Shown: piece by piece, positions 30,286 to 39,404 of the stretch
Numbering within the stretch: position 1 is the first letter of the stretch
Layout: the number at the start of each line of letters is the position of its first letter
Assembly: GCA_964407945.1 (NCBI GenBank)
Contig: CAYOXO010000006.1
Location: 3-64,002 of the forward strand
Direction: 5' to 3'
Length of the DNA stretch: 64,000 bases
From: an uncultured Stakelama sp.
GTDB taxonomy: Bacteria; Pseudomonadota; Alphaproteobacteria; Sphingomonadales; Sphingomonadaceae
The notes under the pieces: generated by a model
What the model was told of the DNA's origin: nothing
The model's database searches: none
What the model saw: only the letters and a program-made list of their open reading frames with translations
Translations under genes and position numbers: made by a program

Positions 30286-31251
30286 ATGCGTGCGAGCCGC
30301 CTCGTTTCGATCCTTCTGCTGCTCCAGGCGCGCGGCCGCATGACCGCGCAGACACTCGCAGACGAGTTCGAGGTATCGGTGCGCACCATATATCGCGACA
30401 TCGACGACCTCAGCGCCTCGGGCGTGCCGGTCTATGCCGATCGCGGGCGCGAGGGCGGCTTCCAGCTGCTCGAAGGCTATACGACGCGGCTCACCGGCAT
30501 GACTCCGGCTGAAGCGGAGTCGCTGTTCCTCTCCGGTTTGGAGGGGCCTGCGGCAGAGCTTGGTTTCGGCGAATCCACCGCGGCCGCGCGGTTGAAGCTG
30601 CTTGCCGCCCTGCCCTCCGCACGCCGCGCGGACGCCTCGCGGGTCGCGGCGCGCTTCCATCTCGATCCGATCGACTGGTACCGCGCGGCGAGCGACCTTC
30701 CCTTTCTGCCTCAACTTGCCGCAGCGGTATGGGGCGGAGAGCGCATCCGCATCCGCTACGAAAGCTGGAACGCGACAACCGAACGTGTCCTCTCCCCACT
30801 CGGCCTCGTCCTCAAGGGCGGTATCTGGTATCTCGTTGCCATCGGCCGCTCAGCGCCGCGCACTTGGCGCGTCGATGCGATCCGTTCATTCGATATGACC
30901 GGCGAGAGTTTCGAACGTCCCGCCGGTTTCGACCTCGCCGCGCACTGGACCGAGAGTGTCCGCGCGTTCGAGGCGAGCCTCTATCGCGGGACGGCGACAA
31001 TCCGCCTCTCACCGCTGGGAAGGGAACGGCTTCCGGTGCTTGCCGCAGCCGCGGTCGAGATGGCCCGCCGCACCGCCACATCGCCCGGCGCGGATGGCTG
31101 GGTCCAGGCGACGATCCCCATCGAGACGATCGACCACGCCACGCGCGAACTGCTGAAGCTCGGGATCGAGGTCGAGGTGCTAGCGCCACCCGAACTGCGG
31201 CAGGCGATGCGCGACGCCGTCGCGACGCTCGCCACGCGCTATACCGACTAG
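30286..31251 (+). CDS. YafY-family HTH-WYL transcriptional regulator
   Basis: EVSVRTIYRDIDDLSASGVP wHTH; PLGLVLKGGIWYLVA; RTWRVDAI. Confidence 0.93.
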   Translation: MRASRLVSILLLLQARGRMTAQTLADEFEVSVRTIYRDIDDLSASGVPVYADRGREGGFQLLEGYTTRLTGMTPAEAESLFLSGLEGPAAELGFGESTAAARLKLLAALPSARRADASRVAARFHLDPIDWYRAASDLPFLPQLAAAVWGGERIRIRYESWNATTERVLSPLGLVLKGGIWYLVAIGRSAPRTWRVDAIRSFDMTGESFERPAGFDLAAHWTESVRAFEASLYRGTATIRLSPLGRERLPVLAAAAVEMARRTATSPGADGWVQATIPIETIDHATRELLKLGIEVEVLAPPELRQAMRDAVATLATRYTD

Positions 31252-31808
31252 GCCGTCCCGGTGCTCGTCGCGAGCAGCCGCGGATCGATCCCTTCACGCG
31301 AGAAGCCCTGTTCCCAACGCTGGAAGACATCGACATCGTAAAGCAAGTCGATCGCGCCCGGCACATTGAACCAGCCGTGACGCGTCATCTCTTCGTCCAG
31401 CTGCCCCTCGCCCCAACCGGCATAGCCCAGCGCGACCAGCCAGTGCGCCGGCCCCTTGCCCTCGGCAATCGCACGCAGCACATCGATCGTACCCGACAGT
31501 GCCCAGCGCCCGGCGACATCGACCGTGTCCTGCCCGCCCCAGTCTGGCGAATGCAGCACGAAGCCGCGCCGCGGCTCGACCGGCCCGCCGAAATGTACCG
31601 GCGCGTCGGGCGCCTGCCCCGGATCGATCTCGAATTGCTGGAGCAGCTCGTGCAGTCCCAGGCCCGACACGGTCTGGCCGATGCCGATGCCCAGCGCGCC
31701 ATATTCGTCATGCGCGCACATCGCGATCACCGCGCGTTCGAAGCGCGGATCGCCGATCCCTGGCAGCGCGAGCAGGATCTGGCCGGTGAGATACGCTGAA
31801 GACTCCAT
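31248..31808 (-). CDS. YqgE/AlgH family protein (DUF179)
   Basis: GQILLALPGIGDPRFERAV, FGGPVE, RGFVLHS, LGYAGWGEGQLDEE. Confidence 0.93.
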   Translation of the reverse strand: MESSAYLTGQILLALPGIGDPRFERAVIAMCAHDEYGALGIGIGQTVSGLGLHELLQQFEIDPGQAPDAPVHFGGPVEPRRGFVLHSPDWGGQDTVDVAGRWALSGTIDVLRAIAEGKGPAHWLVALGYAGWGEGQLDEEMTRHGWFNVPGAIDLLYDVDVFQRWEQGFSREGIDPRLLATSTGTA

Positions 31809-31915
31809 CTCCGCTCAACATATCGGCAGGCGATCGGCTCCGCCACGCTTGAAAAAGCTGCCGCGTGCGCCAATTGGGGCGCAACCGCATTTTCGCGGTC
31901 CGAGAGGAGACCAGC

Positions 31916-32395
31916 ATGACCATCCAGATCGGCGATCGCGTGCCCAGCACCACTTTCGTCAAGCCCACCGAAAACGGCCCCGAGCAGGTCAGCTCGGACG
32001 ATTTCTTCGCGGGCCGCAAGGTCGCACTTTTTTCGGTGCCCGGCGCCTTCACCCCCACCTGTTCCGCACGTCACCTGCCCGGCTATGTCGAGAAGGCAGC
32101 CGAGCTCAAGGCCAAGGGCGTGGACGAGATCGCCTGCACCGCTGTCAATGACGCGTTCGTGATGGGCGCCTGGGGCAAGAGCGCCGACGCCGGCGACATC
32201 GCGATGCTCGCCGACGGCAATGGCGAATTCGCCAAGGCAGTCGGCCTCGAGATGGACGGCAGCAAGTTCGGCCTCGGCACGCGCGGCCAGCGCTTCTCGA
32301 TGCTGGTCAATGACGGCGTCGTCGAGCAGCTTCATGTCGAAGCACCGGGCGAGTTCAAGGTCAGCTCGGCCGAGCATCTGCTCGAGAATCTCTGA
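31916..32395 (+). CDS. Peroxiredoxin (Prx5 type)
   Basis: VPGAFTPTCSARHLPG, AVNDAFVMGAW; RBS GAGGAG. Confidence 0.95.
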   Translation: MTIQIGDRVPSTTFVKPTENGPEQVSSDDFFAGRKVALFSVPGAFTPTCSARHLPGYVEKAAELKAKGVDEIACTAVNDAFVMGAWGKSADAGDIAMLADGNGEFAKAVGLEMDGSKFGLGTRGQRFSMLVNDGVVEQLHVEAPGEFKVSSAEHLLENL

Positions 32396-32451
32396 CCGCC
32401 TCCACTATCGCCTGAACGTTTCGCGGGCGCGACGGTCCACCTCGTTCGAGG

Positions 32452-32476
32452 GGAACCGCCGCGCCCGCGATCGGTT
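32452..32476 (+). promoter_or_regulatory. EcfG (general stress sigma)-like promoter
   Basis: GGAAC-N17-GTT ending ~25 bp before the small gene's start. Confidence 0.55.
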
Positions 32477-32500
32477 CTGTCGATGGAAAGGAGACGCGTG

Positions 32501-32740
32501 ATGATGGACGAAACCACGCCGGCAATCCCTGAGGTCGAGACCGCGGAGACACTGTTCGACCGGACCAAGGACGCGCTTGCCGACGCGCGCGAGGCGGTCA
32601 GCGAAGCCGTGACCAGCGCGTTCGAGACCGCAAAGAAACACCCTGCAACCACCGCCGCGGTAGCCGCGGGTGCCGCCGCTGCAGTCGCGGGCGCCGCCTA
32701 TGGCATCAGCAAACTGCGCGAGAAAGAAGAGGCCAAGTAA
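32501..32740 (+). CDS. Small tail-anchored protein (ElaB/YqjD-like architecture)
   Basis: RBS AAGGAG; acidic helix, then KKHP, an Ala-rich hydrophobic segment and a charged tail. Confidence 0.7.
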   Translation: MMDETTPAIPEVETAETLFDRTKDALADAREAVSEAVTSAFETAKKHPATTAAVAAGAAAAVAGAAYGISKLREKEEAK

Positions 32741-32831
32741 GCGGCCGGGACGCGCGGGATCATCCCCGCGCGTCACATTTCGGTCCTGTCATGGTCTTGC
32801 CAACGTCATCTTGGCGCATTAGCCGTGGAAG

Positions 32832-34283
32832 ATGACAACAGCAGAAAAGATCGTAGCCGAACTGGATCGGCTCTACACCGCGTCCGTCACCCGCCTTCAG
32901 GACGCCCTCACCCTCTATCTGACGCAGGGCACCCCGCCCGACCCGGCGCGCCGCAAGGACGGCAGCTTCGCCTATCCCGAGATCCGCGTCAGCTATCGCA
33001 ACGAAGTCGATCGCCCGACTCCGGCTCGCAGCTTCGGCCGCCTCGTCACCCCGGGCGACTATGCCATCAGCGTGACCAAGCCGGCGATGTTCGCCGACTA
33101 TCTGGTCGAGCAGCTCACCCTGCTGATCGAGGATTATGATGTCGAGGTGACCGCGGCCCCCGGGCGACAGGAAATCCCCTTCCCCTATGTCCTCGATCCC
33201 GGCCACGCATTGCGGCTCGACGAAGTGTCGGCGCTCGAACTGGCGCGACACTTCCCCGCGACCGAACTGGCGCATATCGGTGACGAGATCGCCGACGGCA
33301 CCTGGATCAGCCTCGACCAGACGCGCCCGCTCGCACTGTTCGACGGGCTGCGCACCGACTTCAGCCTGGCGCGGCTACGCCACTATACCGGCACGCCGTC
33401 GGAGCACAGTCAGCAGTACATATTGTTCACCAACTATCATCGCTATGTCGATGAATTCGTTCGCTGGGCTTGCGCACAGCTCGGGGCGAACGAGGCGGGA
33501 GAGGACAGCCGCTTCACCGGCGTTTCCGGTCCCGGCGGCATCGTCATCCGCGCGGGCGACGATCCCGAGACGCTGCTGACCGACGGCGCGTGGCGCCGGC
33601 ACCAGATGCCTGCCTGGCATTTGATGGCCGAGGATGGCACCGGCATCACTTTGGTCAATATCGGCGTCGGCCCGTCCAACGCGAAGACGATCACCGATCA
33701 CCTCGCCGTGCTGCGGCCCGAGGCATGGATGATGATCGGCCATTGCGGCGGCCTTCGCCCGAGCCAGCGGATCGGCGACTATGTGCTCGCCCACGCCTAC
33801 CTTCGCGACGACCATGTCCTCGACGACGTGCTCCCACCCGAAATCCCCGTCCCCGCCATCGCCGAGGTGCAACAGGCGCTCGCCCGTGCCGCCGAGGTCG
33901 TGTCGGGCCAGTCGGGCGAGGAGCTGAAGCGCCGCCTGCGCACCGGAACCATCGTCACCACCGACGACCGCAACTGGGAGCTGCGCTTCTCGCGCTCGGC
34001 GCTGCGCTTCTCATTGAGCCGCGCGGTCGGCGTGGACATGGAGAGTGCGACGCTCGCCGCGCAGGGCTATCGCTTCCGCGTTCCCTACGGCACGCTGCTC
34101 TGCGTCTCGGACAAGCCGCTCCACGGCGAACTCAAGCTCCCCGGCCAGGCCAACCGCTTCTATGAGCGCGCGATTGCCGAGCATCTCAAGATCGGGATCG
34201 AGGCGTGCGAACAGCTCCGCCGCGAGGGTGCCAAGCTTCATTCGCGCAAGCTGCGCGCGTTTAACGAGCCGCCGTTCCGGTGA
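32832..34283 (+). CDS. amn: AMP nucleosidase
   Basis: ILFTNYHRYVDEF, QMPAWHL, NIGVGPSNAKTITDHLAVLRP, VDMESAT, RKLRAFNEPPFR. Confidence 0.96.
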   Translation: MTTAEKIVAELDRLYTASVTRLQDALTLYLTQGTPPDPARRKDGSFAYPEIRVSYRNEVDRPTPARSFGRLVTPGDYAISVTKPAMFADYLVEQLTLLIEDYDVEVTAAPGRQEIPFPYVLDPGHALRLDEVSALELARHFPATELAHIGDEIADGTWISLDQTRPLALFDGLRTDFSLARLRHYTGTPSEHSQQYILFTNYHRYVDEFVRWACAQLGANEAGEDSRFTGVSGPGGIVIRAGDDPETLLTDGAWRRHQMPAWHLMAEDGTGITLVNIGVGPSNAKTITDHLAVLRPEAWMMIGHCGGLRPSQRIGDYVLAHAYLRDDHVLDDVLPPEIPVPAIAEVQQALARAAEVVSGQSGEELKRRLRTGTIVTTDDRNWELRFSRSALRFSLSRAVGVDMESATLAAQGYRFRVPYGTLLCVSDKPLHGELKLPGQANRFYERAIAEHLKIGIEACEQLRREGAKLHSRKLRAFNEPPFR

Positions 34284-34385
34284 ACGGCGGCGGCGTCGCG
34301 CCGCTCTTTCCGGTAACCATCCTGCATTGACGGTGGAAACCGAATTGCTTCACGGTGGTTACAGACACGAAACCACTGGAGGATC

Positions 34386-34892
34386 GTGATGGCCAAGGCC
34401 CCGACCAATATGACGACCGACGGGGCCGAGACCCCGGCCGCCAAGAAGCCTGCCGCGAAGAAGGCACCGGCAAAGAAACCCGCGGCAAAGCCCGCCGCTG
34501 CGCCCAAGGCTGAAGCAAAGGCACCCGCCAAGGCCGCTCCGCCGCGTCGCAAGGCCGCCGCGCGCAAGCCCGCTGCCGCTGCGGCGAAACCGAAGGCAAC
34601 CGCCAAGCCCAAGGCAGCATCGACCGGCCCCCGCGCCGCGGCGCAGGCCGCCGCCGCCAAGGTCAGCGCCGCCGCACAATCGGCTGCACAGACCGTCGGC
34701 GAATCCGCGCCGGTCCAGTTCGTCGCCGAGAAGCGCGAGCAGATGGGCGACCGTAACTTCTTCGCTTCGGTGATCGGCGGCGTCGCCGCGATCGGCGCGG
34801 CTGCCGCAGGAATCTTCTATGCGGTCAAGAAGGGCGCTGGCGGTCCAGTCGATACCGCGGACACCAAGCCGAAGGGCAAGGGCAAGGCCTGA
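34386..34892 (+). CDS. Lys/Ala/Pro-rich (histone H1-like) protein with C-terminal TM segment
   Basis: RBS GGAGG; tandem PAAKK/KPAAK repeats; FFASVIGGVAAIGAAAAGIFYAV-KK. Confidence 0.8.
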   Translation: MMAKAPTNMTTDGAETPAAKKPAAKKAPAKKPAAKPAAAPKAEAKAPAKAAPPRRKAAARKPAAAAAKPKATAKPKAASTGPRAAAQAAAAKVSAAAQSAAQTVGESAPVQFVAEKREQMGDRNFFASVIGGVAAIGAAAAGIFYAVKKGAGGPVDTADTKPKGKGKA

Positions 34893-34912
34893 TCTACCCC
34901 GCAGGAAACAGG

Positions 34913-34949
34913 AACGGCCGCCGCGGGGATGTCCGCGGCGGCCGTTTCT
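34913..34949. terminator. Terminator between convergent genes
   Basis: AACGGCCGCCGCGG-N6-CCGCGGCGGCCGTT, 14-bp stem. Confidence 0.75.
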
Positions 34950-34969
34950 CGTTCAGGCTGTAGCTGGAT

Positions 34970-36802
34970 TTACCAGCCGGTCGGCTTGCCCTTGTTCTGC
35001 TCGTCGAGCCACGCCTTCAACGGCGCGAAATACTCGACCATCGCGGCGCCGCTCATCTCGCGACTGCCGGTGAAGGCTTCGAGCGCGTCGGGCCAGGGCT
35101 TGGACGCGCCCATCTCGAGCATCGCGTCGAGCTTCTTGCCCACGTCCTTGTTGCCATAGAAGGAACAGCGGTGGAGCGGTCCCTTCCACCCGGCCTGATC
35201 GCACGCCGCCTTGTAGAATTGGAACTGCAGCAGGCGGGCGAGGAAGTAGCGCGTGTAGGGCACGTTCGCCGGGATATGATATTTCGCGCCCGGATCGAAC
35301 TTGGTCTCGTCGCGGGCCACCGGCGGCGCGACGCCCTGGTACTGCAGCCGCAGCGCGTCCCATGCGCCCTGATAGCCGGTCGGCTTGATCCCGCCCGAGA
35401 ACACGCCCCAGCGCCATTTGTCGATCAACAAGCCGAACGGCAGGAACGCGACCTTGTCCATCGCCTGACGCAGCAACAGCCCGGTGTCCTTGTCCGCGCT
35501 CGGCACCTTGGCCGGGTCGAGCAGGTCGATCGAGACGAGATAGTCCGGCGTGATCGACAGCGCGACGAAATCGCCGATCGCCTCGTGGAAGCCGTCATTG
35601 GCGCCGTTGCGATAGAGCAAGGGCTGCTTGTTATAGGCGCGCTGGTAGTAATTATGGCCCAGTTCGTGATGGATCACGACGAAGTCGTCGCCATTGACCT
35701 TGATGCACATCTTGATGCGCAGGTCGTCGACATTGTCGAGGTTCCAGGCCGAGGCGTGGCACTGCACCTCGCGGTCGGCCGGCTTCACGAACAGCGAGCG
35801 CTTCCAGAACGTGTCGGGCATCGGCGCAAAGCCGAGCGAGGAATAGAAGCCCTCGCCCGTCTTCACCATCTTGAGCGCGTCATACTTCTTCGCGGTCAGC
35901 AGGTCGGTGACGTCATAGCCCAGATCCCCGGCACCCGGCGGTGCGACGACATCATAGATGTTGCCCCATTCCTGCGCCCACATGTTGCCGAGCAGGTCGG
36001 CGCGGATCGGACCGGTCTTCGGCTGGACGGCATCGCCATATTTCTCGTTCAGCTTCCAGCGGACATAGGTGTGCAGCGACTGGTATAGCGGCTTCACCTC
36101 ATTCCAGAGCTTGTCCGTGAGCTTGGCGAACTCTTCGGGCGGCATGTCATAGTTGGAACGCCACATCGCGCCGACATCCTTGAACGCCAGCTCGCGCGCG
36201 CCTTCGTTGAGCAGGCCGGCCGCACGCTGATAGTCACCCCGCTGCGGCGCGCCGACATTGTCGTGCCAGCTCGTCCACATTTCCTTGAGCTCGGCCGGGT
36301 TGCGATTGGTGCCCATCGCCGCCTCGATGTCGCTGCCGTTGACCGGCTGGCCCTTCAGCGTACCCTTGCCGGTGCCATAGACGGTCTGCATGTCGGTCTG
36401 CAGCTTGGACAGTGCTGCTGCAGCGCCAGCACGCGTCGGCGCGGGCGATGTGATGCCGCTGCGCAGGATGTCGAGCTGACGCTTTGTGTCGGGCGACAGT
36501 CCGTGCACCTTGTCGAACTTCGCCGCTTCCAGTGCAAAGCGAACCGCCATCTCGGTGCCTTCCGCCCCGCTCTTGGCAACCAGCGCAGAGGTGTCGTCGT
36601 TGATATAGGTCGCATAGAGCCACTGGATCCGCGCGTCGTCGATCGAGAATTCCTCGAACTCCTTGGTCGCACGCTTCAGGAACGCGTCGGCCGCCGCCGG
36701 TGTCGCCGCGCCCGCGGGCGGCGCCTTCTTTTCCTGCGCGATTGCGCCCGGTGCCGCCAGCAGCATGGCAAGCGCGATCGTCGAAATTCCGGTGCGGATC
36801 AT
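34970..36802 (-). CDS. M2 family metallopeptidase (ACE-like peptidyl-dipeptidase)
   Basis: Signal peptide; LLGNMWAQEW, CHASAW, HHELGH (HExxH), GANDGFHEAIGD, DPGAKYHIP. Confidence 0.93.
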   Translation of the reverse strand: MIRTGISTIALAMLLAAPGAIAQEKKAPPAGAATPAAADAFLKRATKEFEEFSIDDARIQWLYATYINDDTSALVAKSGAEGTEMAVRFALEAAKFDKVHGLSPDTKRQLDILRSGITSPAPTRAGAAAALSKLQTDMQTVYGTGKGTLKGQPVNGSDIEAAMGTNRNPAELKEMWTSWHDNVGAPQRGDYQRAAGLLNEGARELAFKDVGAMWRSNYDMPPEEFAKLTDKLWNEVKPLYQSLHTYVRWKLNEKYGDAVQPKTGPIRADLLGNMWAQEWGNIYDVVAPPGAGDLGYDVTDLLTAKKYDALKMVKTGEGFYSSLGFAPMPDTFWKRSLFVKPADREVQCHASAWNLDNVDDLRIKMCIKVNGDDFVVIHHELGHNYYQRAYNKQPLLYRNGANDGFHEAIGDFVALSITPDYLVSIDLLDPAKVPSADKDTGLLLRQAMDKVAFLPFGLLIDKWRWGVFSGGIKPTGYQGAWDALRLQYQGVAPPVARDETKFDPGAKYHIPANVPYTRYFLARLLQFQFYKAACDQAGWKGPLHRCSFYGNKDVGKKLDAMLEMGASKPWPDALEAFTGSREMSGAAMVEYFAPLKAWLDEQNKGKPTGW

Positions 36803-36864
36803 GAGGCCCCTCTTGTGGATTGTCTTGTGATTGCGGCGGACACTGCGCCCGCCCTTGAAACGGG

Positions 36865-37617
36865 TCAAGCAGTCAAGAATGATACGATCGCGTCGCCCAG
36901 TTCGGCGCGCGTCACCGCGCTCATATGGTTGCCGGGAATCTCGACGAAGCGCGCATCGGGCAACATCGCCACCAGCCCCTCGAACGACCCGACCTCGTCG
37001 TCCGCCGCGCCGCCGACCACCAGTACCGGCAGGTCGAACCGCGCGACATCGGACTCCGGCGTGTCCACGAACGTGTCGAGGATGCCGAGCAGCGCGACCG
37101 GATCGCCGCCGGTGGTCTTGAGGAATGCCTGCGACATGAATTCCTTGTCGCCATGCTTGAAGCTGCCGAAGTTGGTCAGCACGCGGCGGAAAAAGCCTGC
37201 GCGTCGCCCGGTATCGACAACACCCTCGTCACCCAGCCCCGACAGCACCACGCGTCGCGGCCGGGGGGCGATCCCGCGCGCCAGCACGCGCACGCTGGTC
37301 CGCGCGCCGAGCGAATAGCCGCCCAGATCGTAATCGGTCAGGCCGAGATGCGCGATGAACGCCTCCGCATCCATTGCCAGCGCATCGGGCGGATAGGCGG
37401 CGGCATCGTGCGGTCGCCCGCTCTCGCCATGCGCACGCAGGTCGGGCATGATCACCCGGAACCCGGCCGCGACCAGCTTCGCCGCAGTCCCGTATTTGAT
37501 CCAGTTGGTGTTGGCGTCGGAGAAATAGCCGTGGATCAGCACCACCGGCCGCCCTTCCCCCATCTCGCGCCACGCGATGCGGGTGCCGTCGAAGCTCTCG
37601 AAAAACTGAGTCTGCAT
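36865..37617 (-). CDS. Alpha/beta hydrolase
   Basis: VLIHG, PDLRAHGES, GYSLG nucleophile elbow, C-terminal GNH. Confidence 0.9.
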   Translation of the reverse strand: MQTQFFESFDGTRIAWREMGEGRPVVLIHGYFSDANTNWIKYGTAAKLVAAGFRVIMPDLRAHGESGRPHDAAAYPPDALAMDAEAFIAHLGLTDYDLGGYSLGARTSVRVLARGIAPRPRRVVLSGLGDEGVVDTGRRAGFFRRVLTNFGSFKHGDKEFMSQAFLKTTGGDPVALLGILDTFVDTPESDVARFDLPVLVVGGAADDEVGSFEGLVAMLPDARFVEIPGNHMSAVTRAELGDAIVSFLTA

Positions 37618-37718
37618 CGCCGCGGGATGCCGCACTTTGCGCCGCCGCGAAACCCTGGCCGATTGCACATTCTGCAATCGTTACGTTTTACAATGCAACT
37701 GATCCCCTGTCGTAATAT

Positions 37719-37732
37719 ATAAGCATGCTTAT
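37719..37732. promoter_or_regulatory. Probable MarR autoregulatory operator
   Basis: Perfect palindrome ATAAGCATGCTTAT 3 bp before the MarR ATG. Confidence 0.7.
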
Positions 37733-37735
37733 TAT

Positions 37736-38206
37736 ATGCCGATCATGCCCGACTCCCTAGGATTCCTCCTTAACGACATCGCCCGCCTGATGCGGAAGCG
37801 GTTTGATATCCGTGCCCGCCGCATCGGCGTCACCCGCGCCCAATGGCACACGCTCAGCATCCTCAAGCGTAACGAGGGCTGCAATCAGGGCATGCTCGCG
37901 GACCTGCTGGAAGTCGAGCCGATCACGGTCGGCCGCATGATCGACCGGCTCGAGGATGCCGGCCTCGTCGAGCGCCGCCGCGATCCCGCCGACCGCCGCG
38001 TCTGGCGCATCCACCTCACCGAAAAGGCGCAGCCGGTGCTGATCGAGCTGCGCGCCATCGCCGACACGATGATCGACGAGGTGATGGACGGCGTCGAACC
38101 GGACGACCGCATCCGCATGCACACAGCACTCAAGGCGCTGCGCACCAACCTGCTTGCCGACGAGCACGACAAGGCGAACGACAACAAGGAAGCCGTGAAT
38201 GGCTGA
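37736..38206 (+). CDS. MarR/SlyA-family regulator
   Basis: GVTRAQW, LADLLEVEPITVGRMIDRLE, DPADRR. Confidence 0.93.
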   Translation: MPIMPDSLGFLLNDIARLMRKRFDIRARRIGVTRAQWHTLSILKRNEGCNQGMLADLLEVEPITVGRMIDRLEDAGLVERRRDPADRRVWRIHLTEKAQPVLIELRAIADTMIDEVMDGVEPDDRIRMHTALKALRTNLLADEHDKANDNKEAVNG

Positions 38207-39260
38207 CGCAGATCCCAAGCTCGAGCCCGCCGCGGCGATCGAGATCGCTCCCCCTGCCCCCCGCAAGCGCAACTGGCTGCGCCCGATCCTGATGTTCGGT
38301 GTGCCACTGCTGCTGATCGCCGCGGTCGGCAGCTGGTGGGCATTGTCGGGCGGCACCGTCTCGACCGACAATGCCTATGTCCAGCAGGACAAGGTTTCGG
38401 TCGCCAGCGATGTCGCCGGCCGCATCATCGAAGTTGCGGTCAAGGAGAACCAGCCGGTCAAGGCCGGCGATCTGCTCTTCCGCATCGACCCCGATCCCTA
38501 TCGCATCGCCCTCGAACAGGCGAACGCCGCGATCGCCAATGCGCAGGTCCAGGTCGGCACGCTCCAGGCAAGCTATGCCGGCACCGGCGCCGACATCCAG
38601 GCCGCGCGCGATCGCATCGCCTCCGCGCAGGAGGATTATGACCGGCAAAAGGCGCTGATGGACCGCGGCTTCACCACGCGTGCCCGCTATGAGCAGGCGC
38701 AGCACTCGGTCGAGCAGGCCAGGGCCAGCTATCAGAGCGCCGTGGCCAGCGCCGCCGAGGCGCGCTCGAAGCTCGCGGACGGCGCCGCCGTCCCCGGCGT
38801 CAATCCTGCTATCGCGGCTGCCCGCGCCCAACGCGACAAGGCCGCGCTCGATCTCTCGCGCACCGCCCGCTACGCCCCCGTCGATGGCATCGTCAGCCAG
38901 GCCGACCGGCTTCAGGTCGGGCAGATGATGATGTCGGGCCTCCCCGCCGTCACCGTCGTCCGCTCGGGCGGCTCGTGGATCGAGGCGAATTTCAAGGAAA
39001 CCGATCTCGACAAGATGCGCGTCGGCCAGCCTGCCGAAGTCAGCTTCGACGCCTATCCCAAGCTCAAGCTCAAGGGCCACGTGGCCTCGATCGGCGCAGG
39101 CACCGGCAGTGAGTTCTCGGTCCTCCCGGCACAGAACGCCAACGGCAACTGGGTCAAGGTCACCCAGCGCGTGCCCGTGCGCATCGCGATCGACGAAAAG
39201 AGCCCGCGCGAGCTGATCGCCGGCCTCTCCGCCGACGTGAAAGTGGACGTCAGTCGTTGA
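38199..39260 (+). CDS. emrA: EmrA/HlyD-family membrane fusion protein
   Basis: STDNAYV, ANFKET, FSVLPAQNANGNWVKVTQRVPVRI. Confidence 0.92.
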   Translation: MADADPKLEPAAAIEIAPPAPRKRNWLRPILMFGVPLLLIAAVGSWWALSGGTVSTDNAYVQQDKVSVASDVAGRIIEVAVKENQPVKAGDLLFRIDPDPYRIALEQANAAIANAQVQVGTLQASYAGTGADIQAARDRIASAQEDYDRQKALMDRGFTTRARYEQAQHSVEQARASYQSAVASAAEARSKLADGAAVPGVNPAIAAARAQRDKAALDLSRTARYAPVDGIVSQADRLQVGQMMMSGLPAVTVVRSGGSWIEANFKETDLDKMRVGQPAEVSFDAYPKLKLKGHVASIGAGTGSEFSVLPAQNANGNWVKVTQRVPVRIAIDEKSPRELIAGLSADVKVDVSR

Positions 39261-39279
39261 GCGTGGCCGCTACACAATC

Positions 39280-39374
39280 CGTCATCCCCGCGCAGGCGGG
39301 GATCCATTCTGGCTGCATTCTCGATAGATCCGCGACGGCGGCCGTAATGGATTCCCGCCTGCGCGGGAATGACG
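39280..39374. repeat. CGTC-type REP-like palindromic element (divergent subfamily)
   Basis: CGTCATCCCCGCGCAGGCGGGGATCCATT...AATGGATTCCCGCCTGCGCGGGAATGACG. Confidence 0.85.
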
Positions 39375-39404
39375 ACCGATAGGTTCTTGAGCTCGAGCAG
39401 CCCA

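Noticed and set aside
30286..31251. WYL gene as a marker of an anti-phage defence island
   Set aside because: Neighbours are housekeeping genes (ahcY, yqgE, peroxiredoxin); no nuclease, methylase or toxin genes nearby.
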